A stretch of DNA of 64,000 bases from Lytechinus pictus (lineage: Eukaryota), in assembly GCF_037042905.1 (NCBI RefSeq), contig NC_087251.1, forward strand, positions 9,364,001-9,428,000, given 5' to 3'. Below the pieces are notes generated by a model, which had not been told where the DNA came from, ran no database searches, and saw only the letters and a program-made list of their open reading frames with translations. The translations under genes and the position numbers were made by a program. Below are positions 13,148 through 24,297 of the stretch, in pieces (the stretch's first letter is position 1; every line of letters begins with the position of its first letter).

Positions 13148-13773
13148 TTAAGTTTTATGGGGGTGGCTGAGTTTGGGCTAAGATGACAAAATTTTGATTA
13201 TATAATAAAGATAATAACACTAATAACAAAAATAATGTTAACAATGATAATAACAATACCAAGAACAATAGTATAAATAATGATAATAATAATGATGGCG
13301 ATAAAATAACCTTATATAGCGCTTTTCATAATGATAATAATTGATTTTGTAAAATATTGTTCTAAAAGTCAAATTCAACCCAAAAATATAAAGTAAAAGA
13401 AGGGATAGTTTTAAGGGGCAGTAACTACCACATTACATCAGTGGCTATTCACGTATTTTAAGAATCACACAAAAAAGTACTCAACAGAGTTGTCTCAATT
13501 ATGAGTAAGAGAACTAAAATTAAAATTGAGTGTTGAACCACGGATTGAGCCAACTGAACTTTATATACCTTATAGAGTTCACTGAATGAACACACGGAAA
13601 TGAATGAACCATTCACATAGCCACGAATATAATGTTTAAACCGCAGATGGCGCTACTTCACTTTTTGGAAAAAAATTGCAATGTAATTGAATTTACCTAC
13701 GCCTCGGCTTCACTATAATGTTTCAAACTAAAGATGGCGCTATACAACTTTTGGTGCAGAGGGTTGGTGAAGA

Positions 13774-13833
13774 TGCCGTGGCCGAGTGAAGGCAAATTGC
13801 ACGAAAGCCTGGGATTCGAATCCCGCAATGGCA
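13774..13833 (+). pseudogene. tRNA-derived remnant or isolated SINE head
   Basis: A-box-like GTGGCCGAGTG and B-box-like GGATTCGAATCCC; too short for a full cloverleaf; resembles the SINE head at 56470-56543. Confidence 0.5.
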
Positions 13834-14430
13834 CAAAAAACCAATGAGCTCGGCATTTTACATACTTTGTTTTTTTTAATGTATTACATTAAATAAACAA
13901 AAGTGTTACGTGCATTATTGATATCAAAGCATGTAGTTGCTCACACATCGAAAATGCTGTTCAAAATAAACTTTACAGTAGTTGCAAAGTTGAAAAAAAA
14001 ATTATACACTTGTACGTTTTGTACACTATTGAATTTGTCATGTATCAAGTACTAAGAGTGCTTTAATGTCAGAATTCTCTCTCTCTCTTGCTTTTTATTT
14101 ATGATAACTTTATCGTAGACTCGATTCGTATACACCTTTGAAAGAAATTTATATTACAAAAGAAGTGGTTTGAATTTTTTAAATGAAAAAAACCTAAAGT
14201 CGTAGACTCGTAGACCTAACAATCATTTAAATTAATACTTCCATGTCATTTTTTTTTCGATTCAAATCAAATGAAGTATGAAAATAAGAATGTTGCACGG
14301 GGGGCTCATTCATTTTCAGCAGGGGACGTGCTTGATTAAAGGATTCTTTTTGAACCCCTGATATTTCTCACTGAACGCGAATTTGTATAGAATACCGATT
14401 TCAAAACAAAGCGCTTATCTTCTATTTATA

Positions 14431-16511
14431 CACAACAAAAAAAAGTAAGTCCCCCCTTAAACAAACATCAATAATTTCCGAACCAATGCGAGTTTTTAAT
14501 ATATTTTTACACGAGTGTGTAGGTAATTTTATAAGCCACCTCTGAGTGAATGTTATGGACGTACTTTACGTCATGCTTCATTGCGCACCGTCAGAAGGCA
14601 AAAATGTCACTTTTCAAAAGTCACAAGCCAAATATCATGACTTTGATTCCATTTTATTGGAACTAATTCCACATTCTCATCATGAAAAATAGCCAGAAGG
14701 CTTGTAAAAGGTACTTTCTAAAAGACGATACAACTTTTTAGGTAAATTTCACGGTTGAATAAACACAAGTCCAAATTTGCTATAATTGGATTTTTACAAA
14801 TTTCTATCACTAAATATGATAGAATATGATAACAGTTATTTTTGGGAAGAGTATCTTAAACAATATTCATCGTTTCACGGTTCATTGAACATTCATTGAA
14901 AACCAAAAATACGATTTTCAAATATCATAGGCAAGTATTGTTTCATTTTGGTAACTGAAAATGATCTTTTCTCAACTTTTTCGTTATGTTCATGACCAAT
15001 TAACATGCTTCAATGATTCAAAGGCGTTTAATCAAACATTCACGCTTGAATGAACATGTGGAATGTGATAAGCTCTTTTTTACGTTATTGGAAAAAATGT
15101 TTTTTATAACTATAGATATCTGTCAAAACCTCCTTGCATAGTTCACTTGTTTCGATTTTTATGAAAATCCCGATGTTTAATGCATCAGTGAACACACAAT
15201 ATTAGAAAATTATGCAAATGAGAAGAAAGTTCAAGGCCTTGGCCCCACTCTGTGCTGTATCGAATGGTTATTTTGGTGTGCGCGCCTTTTGGATAGTGTT
15301 ATTCTGACGCCATGTGCGAAGTTTCATGAAATAACTGTTGGCAGAAGTAACAAAAATCGTCCATGAAACAAACCCTTCATTTCATATTTGTTAAAATTTT
15401 GACTTCCTCTCTCATAGACTTGTGTATATTATGGGTGCATATGTTTAGGAATAAGTAACCCCTTATTCAATATGGTGGAACTTTTTTTCAAGGCGGCCTT
15501 TAGCAATATCATTTGGCAGTAATGTTTATCAACCTATGGGCAGAATTCTGTGCAAAAATGAAACCGATTTGTTTATTTATGGATGAGTGAGCACGCATCA
15601 AAGTGGGAAAATTGGTATTTTCAACGTCACAGACTCATTTTAAAGTAATAAAGTGAATATTGGGGGCAAATTCGGTTTCAAATGTGACTTTAATTGCTGT
15701 TGTTTTTATCATCCATCATTTCTATCACCACACACTTTCCAAACTTTAAACATTTTCATGGTTGAGCGAGCACATTCGAAAACATAGGAATGAATACTCT
15801 TTATACTGCATAAATGTATTTTTTCCTAACAATTTCTAATGATCAGTTTAATTTACGGACAAATCAGGGGTGGATCCAGAATCTTAAAATGGGGGAGGGG
15901 CCTACAATTGGGGGAGCCACCAACATTTTCAAACGTTAACAAGTTGTAGAAGATACTACGTAAAACCCTATGATGATACGTCACAATACAGGGGCTGCGG
16001 AATGGTTTTCAAAGGGGCGGGAGGAGGAGGGATTGAGCCAAAAGTGGGGGCCGACCATGCAAAAAATCACAATCGTCTGGTCATTTTTACATTTTTGTAC
16101 ATGCTTTGGGAAATAAAGTGGGGAGGGGGGCTTCAGCCCCCCCCCCCCCGCTTCCGCGGCCCCCGCAATACATTGTGCTCACTCAACCATGAACATACGA
16201 TATCAAAATTGTGTGTGGAGTGGCTAAATGGTGGATAGTAAAACAGCGTAACACCATAAAATTCACTTAAAAACAACTTTTGCCCAACTTTGTATTTGCA
16301 CAATCTGAAAACGACTCTTGTGACTTTCAAAAATGGGCATTTTTAATTCAATCTTTAATTACTCATGCATGACTCAACCGATCAATCTCATTTTTCTCCA
16401 GGAGTTGCCTAATGAGTGTAGAAAACCACCTACGAAATATCATATCTCAAAATATTTCCGTTCAAAAGTTTCAGCGATTTGATTTAGGGGGGACTTACTT
16501 TTTTTGTTGTG
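14431..16511. mobile_element. Non-autonomous TA-target DNA transposon (Tc1/mariner-like), 2.08 kb
   Basis: TA|CACAACAAAAAAAAGTAAGTCCCCCC ... GGGGGGACTTACTTTTTTGTTGTG|TA. Contains small G-tract MITE pieces at ~15865 and 15989-16165. Confidence 0.88.
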
Positions 16512-16514
16512 TAT

Positions 16515-18345
16515 ATATTAATTAGATCACTGCACTTCTACATGCAAACTTTTGGAATGAAGTAGGATCTAAAGCATCATCCCTTTTTATATATTATTAT
16601 TATTATCATCATCATCATTATTATTACAATCATCATTATCATAATCATTATTACTACTATATACTGATGATATGTTTTGTTATCAAGCATCATAATCCTT
16701 CTTAAGAGCCAGAATGCTACAAATTGTGTGCTTGATTATTATGAGTCCTGCATTTACGGCTCCAAAAACCAAAGACTATTATATAATACATGCAGGCAAT
16801 GTAGGTATACCAAAAGTGGTCTAGCGCCATCTCTTGTTTCAAACATTATAATGTAGCTCTAACGTATGCAATTAACACTAGAATGCAATAAGTGATGTAG
16901 CGCCATCTCTTGTTTGGAACATTATAACATAACTATTCTACGCATACCAGTATACTTGCACACCTTGAATAATTGTATGGAATACTGTGTGTGGATGAGA
17001 TAGAACTGTAGGTAGAACAGCCAGTTCTCAAATATTACCATTAATTGAGGCTTCCAAAGAAATCTGCATTATCTGTTAAAGGGGTTCACCTTGACGAAAA
17101 GTTTATTCCAAAATTAGCAGAAAAATAATAATGGAAAATATCAGTGGAGGTTTGAGGAAAATCCATTAATGATCGGAACAATTTTTCGGAACATAATTTA
17201 GTTTTATTTGTAACGTCATATTCCAGCAGCTTCACAATATATCTCCAAAGAAAATTAATAAATGTAATTTTCTGTTTTTAATTTGTCCTTCAGTATCAAC
17301 GGAAATATCATTTCACGTCCGCTCCGAATGGAAACAAATTTTTAGTTCTCATGAAATTTATTATTTTATATTATATAACATATGGGGCACCTGCTCGTAT
17401 ATGACGTCATGAACTTTACAATAGTTTAAGTTACACTTAAAATATGAATTATTCGGAGTGTTTGCGTCTATCTGCAACTCAATGGTAAAGAAAGAAATTT
17501 TGTCAAGAATTGTCAGATTATATAATTAAGAGCCGACAAAAAAATTGTGTGCTTAATTGAAAAGACTTGGACACGTGTTTAGTTTTGTTAAATCTAAAGA
17601 ATGCTTATTTTCAAAGATGTTTTTAAATGAAATAGATATGTATAATACGTTGTGAAAAACAAGCAAACAATGGCAATTAGAAATTGAAAATTTTATTTTA
17701 TCTTTCCTTTTGTTTTTTTTTTCTTTCTTTTCATTTTTCGAAATGCTATTCGTGTTTTTAAGCGTTCCAATTCATTTGTTTGTATTTTATTTTTAAGTCA
17801 AAATTCTCCCTACCTCTCTCCTGCTTTTAATTCATGATAACCTGATCACAGACTTAATTCGTATACACAAATAACATAAATTTATATAATAAAAGAAGTG
17901 GTTGGAAAATCCCGAAATAGAAAAAAATAGTCTGATCTTTGGTAAACTCGGAGACCTAAGTAACTGCCCTTGAATTAATACATCCACATAATTTTTTTCC
18001 TTCAATTTCATTTCAATCCAAGAAAGTATGAAAATAAGTTCAACGAGAAGGGTGCAACGGGGGAGGGGGCTCGTTTATTTTTGAGTCCCTGATTACAATT
18101 CTCATTAAACGCCGATTTGTTTAAAATAATGATATACATAAAGTTGTTTACCATCTATTTCTATAGATCACTGACTGTAATTCTTCTTCCATTATTGTTC
18201 TTATCATTATTATTATTATTATTATTCCTCTTATAAAATATTATTATTATTACTGATGATGTAATAAGTATTAAACATCATATTCTCTACTCAGAACCAG
18301 AATGTTGACTGTTATGAGTCCTGCATTTCTAGTTCCAATCACAAA
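16515..18345 (-). repeat. Right arm of the inverted duplication; also one ~1.65 kb unit of a tandem array (partial units at 14070-14430 and 18170-18345)
   Basis: 14070-14430 matches 17810-18165 directly; 18240-18345 matches 16650-16775 directly; the unit is inverted relative to 9980-11715. Confidence 0.8.
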
Positions 18346-19059
18346 ACGGAATTCAGTGTCATTTTGTGCAATCATAATCATAAATTTGTTTCATAAGATG
18401 TATACGTCAGTGAAGAGATATGCTTCCCCTCTTTCATTTGAAGCCCATCTCAACGTTTATAATCCACGCATGACCGAGTTAGAACAATGAAAAGTGATGC
18501 TAGCAAATTGCAAATTTTAATTTGCACGAGCAAATTACGACTTTGAGTGAGTTTTTATTGGCTTTTATTGCTATCTATTCGGAAAGCAAATTTCATAACT
18601 TGAATATCCAATTTTCACCTTTCATAATTATGAGACCTTGTGCGTAAAATATGTCTGACGCATGGTCGATAAAAAGTTGCATAAAAACATGCTTGATTTC
18701 ATATTGGACGGAACATTGAAAATAAGCATTTCCGACAAAGCGACAATGGACTACCGGTTATGGCAGCGAATGTGATTCTGTCTGTAAAATTTGTATTAAA
18801 AAAAATGCTTGAAATGATTAGACGAGGCAGGGGCAATTGAATGTTGGGTGGGAGGGGGATGACAAAACAACCTTCCGAGCCAAAAATGGCTTTTTCCTCT
18901 ACTCTTGTAAAAAGGGATATACCCATATTTGCTTCGCCTTCGCCCTTTTAAACATGTTCCACTGCCACTGTGACGTAGAATGTAGTGACAAATGAAATGG
19001 CTGAGAGAAGTTTGAGATAAAAATTATTTAACGCGAATTTTTAATATTCTGACCAAAAA

Positions 19060-19460
19060 GGAACCTTTTTTAAGATTGCATTTAGTGAATCATGAATAGG
19101 ATGATATTCCAACCTGATAACTGGACATTCTAAGCATTTCAGTACGAACAGGATGAGTATCTAACTAAACAATTATTGATGCGAGCGCGAAGCGCGAGCT
19201 AGAAAATTGTGATTTTCTCACCGGCTAAAAATTGGATATTCTAAGCACTGTTTGTAACCATGAACATAATGAGTACCTTAATAAACAATAATTGATGCGA
19301 GCGCGAAACACTAGCCAAAAATGTTAAATATTCCAACCTAAAAAATTGACATTATATGCATTTTTGTAACCATAAACAGGAGGAATACCTTATACTAAAC
19401 AATAATTGATGCGAGCGCGAAGCGCGAGCCAAACAAATTTGTGATTTTCTAACCTAAAAT
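19060..19460. repeat. ~115 bp tandem repeat with GATGCGAGCGCGAAGCGCGAGC core
   Basis: Core begins at 19178, 19294 and 19408. Confidence 0.85.
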
Positions 19461-21879
19461 GTATTTTGTTTTACTTCAAAACGGTATTTCATTTTGGAAA
19501 AAGGGCACATTTCATTTTGAAAAAATTGCATTTTCCATTTTGAAGAAAGGGCATTTTCCCTGGTTACAGCCCGATAGACCGCGGGTCCGATAGCCCGCGG
19601 GTCCGATAGCCCGCGGGTCCGATAGACCGCGGGTCCGATAGTCCGCGGGTCCGATAGACCGCGGGTCCGATAGACCGCGGGTCCGATAGACCGCGGGTCC
19701 GATAGACCGCGGGTCCGATAGTCCGCGGGTCCGATAGACCGCGGGTCCGATAGCCCGCGGTGTGTGTAAAATTATGGTCATTGGTCAGGATATAGTGAGA
19801 TCCAATGCCATCAAGAGGTCAAAAGGCCAATGATACGAGTCCATTGGGGTTCTATAACAATGACCCAAAGGACAATCGCCCCCTGACATCTACTTCAAGG
19901 AAAATATTATCCCCATATTTTATCGTCAGGGACTGTTACCCCCCCCCCCCCGGAAATTTACCCTATATATTATGATGGTGCACAAGAACCCCCATTTTCG
20001 ACTCGACTGCAATAATGCAGTCATACATGGTATATGTTTGTGGTTGAAAACTAGGCTGAAAACGTAGCCTATAGACTGCCCAGTGGGCAATCAATCTTTG
20101 CTGAGATCATTCATTTAATAGCAGAGACATAATGAAGATGAAAATATGCTGTTTGATATGATATAATATCATGCAAAATGCAGGAAACATCGATAAAGTG
20201 GGCATATCGTTCTCACACCTCAGCTATATGGTAAAAATAGGCCCAAAACGTACGATTTCTATGTGCGCACGATATTGAAAAGGGGGCTGAAATCACAGTC
20301 TATAATGTCTTTTCCAATTACTGAATATATTTTCTAAAAGTAGAGATATTGATGAAGATAATGGTATTATGCTTGACAGGAAATATATCAAAGAAAGTAC
20401 ACTAAAAAAGAAAATAAAATTCTAAATCTATTTTCGACAATTTTTGATGCAAGAAATCTCTCAAACTAATGAGATGCAAATTTCATGACGTAATTTGCAT
20501 ATGTAAACAATAATTTCTGTTCATGAAATTTTGCATGTCTCTTTTACACTACTTAAACAATATATTCTGAAAGTTTCATACAAAACAAGCATGGTTGGGC
20601 TGACATATTTTCCCTTGACTTTATGCTATGTGTAGAAGGTCAAAAAAATGGTGAAATAGGGCCATTTTGTAGTGACGTCATAGATTGCGTCATTTCGGCG
20701 GGAAGACCACGGATAAAACCCGGCAGCAATGCATTTTTGTAAACTTCAGGGTCCATGCCATCCAGCTATGGGGTCATTTGCTTGTCCGGCTTTCGGTTGA
20801 ATAAATCTCCTGGGCTGCCGGACTACTACTAGAATATTCTGTGAACGGGAGCTGTAGTTTCTGTACTGTTGTGTTAGAATACCCTTCAATAATATTAATG
20901 ATAACCTCTTGGGAATAATGCAATCTCGAAGCAATCGACTAATTCTCCTCTTCAGTGGCGTATTTATTCAGCATGGGTGCACGGGGGGGGGGGGGGGGTG
21001 GGTGGCGAGGGCACCAAGTTAAAAAAATAAATGAAATGGGGGGGGTAGACGTCAAAGAAAATCTGATATTTCATTCTTAAAAACAAATTGAGGTATCTCA
21101 CAAGGCCTAAATAAATAATGAGAACGCGAAGCGCGATCTGATTTTTTTTATAGATTTATCATGTATTATATCCTGAAAGCCTAAGTCAGGGGCGGACCCA
21201 GCTTCCGCCATTAGGGTGAGGGGCCATTTTTTCACCCATATTTTCCCCGATCGGCCGCTCAAAGTTGATTTTTTTGGTTTCTTTTAAGGGGTTGTCCCAG
21301 TGCCGTAATGAGCCAACAATTTCGAGGGGGCTCGATATGGTGTATCGCATAAAATTAATAAGAAGTTGCCAGTGAGCGAAGCGAGCAAGCAAATATGCTG
21401 ACATTTTTATTACAAAAATACAAGGTTGTGATAGATTTTGACATAATATTTGGAAAATAATATTATATTTCATCCTAATCCCTTTTCTTTTCTCTCTATT
21501 TTTTCTTAGTCTTGAATCTCTCTTTTTTTTTTTTGGGGGGGGGGGCAAAACACCCATGTCCTAACAGTCATTTCCTAGCTTTACTTTATAAGCAACATAA
21601 ATGTGTAATAATCTCTTAAGCCCTATGTAATCTAAAAATGAAATTTCATGTATTTTGTCCTGAAAATTGAACATTTTGGGCAATGTTTGTGAACCTGAAC
21701 AGGGTATCTATCTCGCTAAACAGACTTAAAACTCGAAAACATTTTTTTTTTCTGTTATCGTAAAACGGAATATTTTAATTCAGCCGCATTAATTGAAGTT
21801 TTTTGGCAGGACATATATTTCACTATAAACAGGCAATGTTGCGTCCCCGGTCGAAAATGAATTTGCATGAAGCCCTCTA

Positions 21880-22100
21880 AGTTCAAGGTCAATTTGGCAC
21901 CCTCGGTTGAACATAAACTTGGCGCCCCCATGTGAAATATAACTTTGCCCTCCCTCCCCTCTCTGAAACATGTATGTGTCGTATTATGGTCAAAATTCAA
22001 ATTAGCGCTCCCCTAGTTCGAACATCAATTTGGTGCCCCGCTAGATCGAACATCAATTCGGCGCCCCATAGTTCGAACGTCATTTTGGCGCCATCAAATC
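21880..22100. repeat. Degenerate ~30 bp tandem repeat (GTTCGAACATCAATTTGGCGCCCC)
   Basis: Repeated units at ~21880-21930 and 22000-22095. Confidence 0.7.
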
Positions 22101-22116
22101 GACGTCCAGGTCAACA

Positions 22117-22851
22117 TCTCCCTCTTCCGTTTCCCATCTCCTTTTCTTTCTTTTTTCTTTCTTTTATCCACATTCCCCTTCCTTCCTTTCTCTTTCTTTC
22201 TCTCTTTCTTTCCCCCTCTTCTTTCCCCCCCCCCCCCCTTTCTTCTCTTTCCCCCCGTCTTTTCTTTCCCCCTTTTCTTCTCTTTTTGCTGTCTTTTCTT
22301 TCCCTCTTTTCCTCTCTCTTTTCTCGTTTTTCCTCTCTTCCCACTTACTCTCTCTCTTTTTTCTTCTTCTTTTCCCCCTTTTCCTTACTCCGTTCTTTTC
22401 TTTTCTTTCTTTTCCCTCTTCCACTTTTTTTCTCTTTTCCCCTTTACTTCTCCCTTTTTCTTTTTCTTTCCTTCTCCCTTTTTTCTCTTTTAATCTTTTT
22501 TTCTTCTCTCCCTCCCCCTCCTCCCTCTCTCTCTTCTTTTCCCCTCTTCCTCTCTCTCTTTTTTCTTATCTTTCTTCCCATCTTCCTCTCTATTTAAATA
22601 TTCTTCTCTTCCTTCCTCTTTTTTTCTTTTTTTCCTCCTTTTCCTTTCTCCTTTCTTTTCTTCTCTTCATTTTCCCTCCTCTTTTTTCCCTCTTCTTTCC
22701 CCTTTTCTTCTCCCTTTTTTCTTTGTCTTTCCTTTCCCCTTTTTCTTCTCTTCCTTTCTCCTTCTTACTCTATTTTCTATTCTCTTCTTTTCCCATCTTC
22801 CTCTTTCTTTTTTTATTCTCTCCCTTTTCCCCTCTTCCCCCCCTCATTTTT
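22117..22851 (+). repeat. ~730 bp polypyrimidine/polypurine low-complexity tract
   Basis: Almost exclusively C/T on the + strand, followed by a G tract. Confidence 0.95.
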
Positions 22852-23279
22852 GAGCTGGGGGTGGGGGGGGGTGAGGCAGTTCCCCCTCGGCCCTCCATGG
22901 ATCCGCACCTGATAGAACCCCATGGCCTCGTATCATTTGACCTTTGGACCTCTCGATGACATTTGATATATCTGATCATAATTTTACACACACTGCGGAC
23001 TATCGGACCCGCGGTCTATCGGACCCGCGGACTATCGGACCCGCGGTCTATCGGACCCGCGGTCTATCGGACCCGCGGTCTATCGGGATGTCCCCTTTTC
23101 CCTGCCCCCCCCCCCCCCCCCCGGTTCTGCCGCCCCTGGAACGTTGAGATGGGCCTCAAATGAAAGAGGTGAAGCATATCTTATCTTTAATTGATGTATA
23201 TCTCATGAGGTAAATTTATGATTATGATGGCAAAAATTATACCGAATTATGGGTTCCTTTTTTCTGGGACTCACAGTAT

Positions 23280-23390
23280 CATTGGCGGCGGAGCAGATGA
23301 TTATCTTTTGTGTTTGGGGGGGGGGGACGCAACAATAGGCGTCCCCCCCCCCCCAAATACAAAAGATAATCATCTGCTCCGCCGCCAATG
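23280..23390. mobile_element. 111 bp hairpin MITE, hAT-like, 8-bp TSD
   Basis: CACAGTAT|CATTGGCGGCGGAGCAGATG ... CATCTGCTCCGCCGCCAATG|CACAGTAT; near-perfect palindrome. Confidence 0.92.
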
Positions 23391-23875
23391 CACAGTATAA
23401 AACATAATATATATCATTAATGTATAATTTTTATACATGTCTTTATTTCAACAATAAGGAAATTACAACGTATATTCAATCACTTCAATTCTTAATACGA
23501 TTCGTAATGCATCACCTATATGCCTACGTACTGAACCTGAACTAAGTGATAACAATTCAGTGCATGATGGGAAGAAAATTAAAATATATATATATATATT
23601 AATAATACAATGAACAAAATAAAACCAAACCAAATAAAATACAGATAGCCGTCTCCCTCTCTAGCGCCCCTATGCCCCCCCCCCCCTCTTATCTAGGAGA
23701 TCATCTTCCGTTGATCTTCTCATATAGAAAGAGTGGCCGGTGACTCAATTTCTTTCTCAGTTTTTTTTTAATGTTTCTGTGATATGTTCCCTTTTGTTCA
23801 TCTATTTTCCTTTCTTTAATTTCTCTCTTTTTTACTCTTGAGAACCCGGATCGACAATCATGGGGATCGGAGATG

Positions 23876-24089
23876 CATAGGCGGATCCAGGGGGGGCCCG
23901 AGGGGCCCGGGCTAAGGATTATGATATTATATATTTATGTCTATACATAAGAATAAAACTAAGAAGTGACTATTAGGAATACCCCTTCAAAGAAACCAAA
24001 AATCATTTTCGAGGGGCCGATCGGGGAAAATATGGCTGAAAAAATTTCCGGCCCCCCCCCCCTATTGGCGAAGGCTGGATCCGCCCCTG
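23876..24089. mobile_element. G-tract MITE (CA..GGCGGATCC / GGATCCGCCCCTG family)
   Basis: GAGATG|CATAGGCGGATCCAG ... CTGGATCCGCCCCTG|GAGATG, a 6-bp direct repeat. Related ends at 12564, 15864, 21187 and 22910. Confidence 0.8.
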
Positions 24090-24297
24090 GAGATGAGCAC
24101 TACTCATAGAGATATATCATTAGTACCGATATCTCTAATCTATGGCACCACTGCAGTGTAGTGATAACATTTAATTTGTTTTTATTTTGTCTGCTTCGGG
24201 ACACCCCCTGTAACTCATATTACGCAAGTCGGAACTTCTGCAGCTGCTAGACAAATCTCCCCTCATTTACTTTGTGAATCAGTTATAGATCGGCATC

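Larger units (their letters stand above)
19562..23095. mobile_element. Foldback-type non-autonomous DNA transposon with 16-bp minisatellite arms and 8-bp TSD
   Basis: TSD TTTTCCCT at 19554-19561 and 23096-23103. Ends GGTTACAGCCCGATAG / CTATCGGGATGTCCCC. (CCGATAGACCGCGGGT)n at 19572-19760 and its reverse complement at 22995-23086. Inner arms 19761-19855 and 22911-22992. Confidence 0.88.

Noticed and set aside
19572..19760. Regular 16-bp repeats as a CRISPR array, and the repetitive ORFs over them (also 22995-23086)
   Set aside because: Head-to-tail units without unique spacers, no cas genes, eukaryotic context; they are transposon arms.
21932..22991. 221-aa F/S/L-rich ORF and K/R/E-rich antisense ORFs
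   Set aside because: By-products of the pyrimidine tract, which lacks stop codons.
9737..23138. One 13.4 kb element between CAGGGGCGGCGGAAC (9737) and GTTCTGCCGCCCCTG (23138)
   Set aside because: The flanks (CCATTTCA vs GAACGTTG) are not a TSD, and this terminus is shared by many local MITEs.
23661..23675. CTCF-like TAGGGGCGCTAG upstream of COX20
   Set aside because: Incomplete match next to a C tract; more likely a G-tract MITE remnant.
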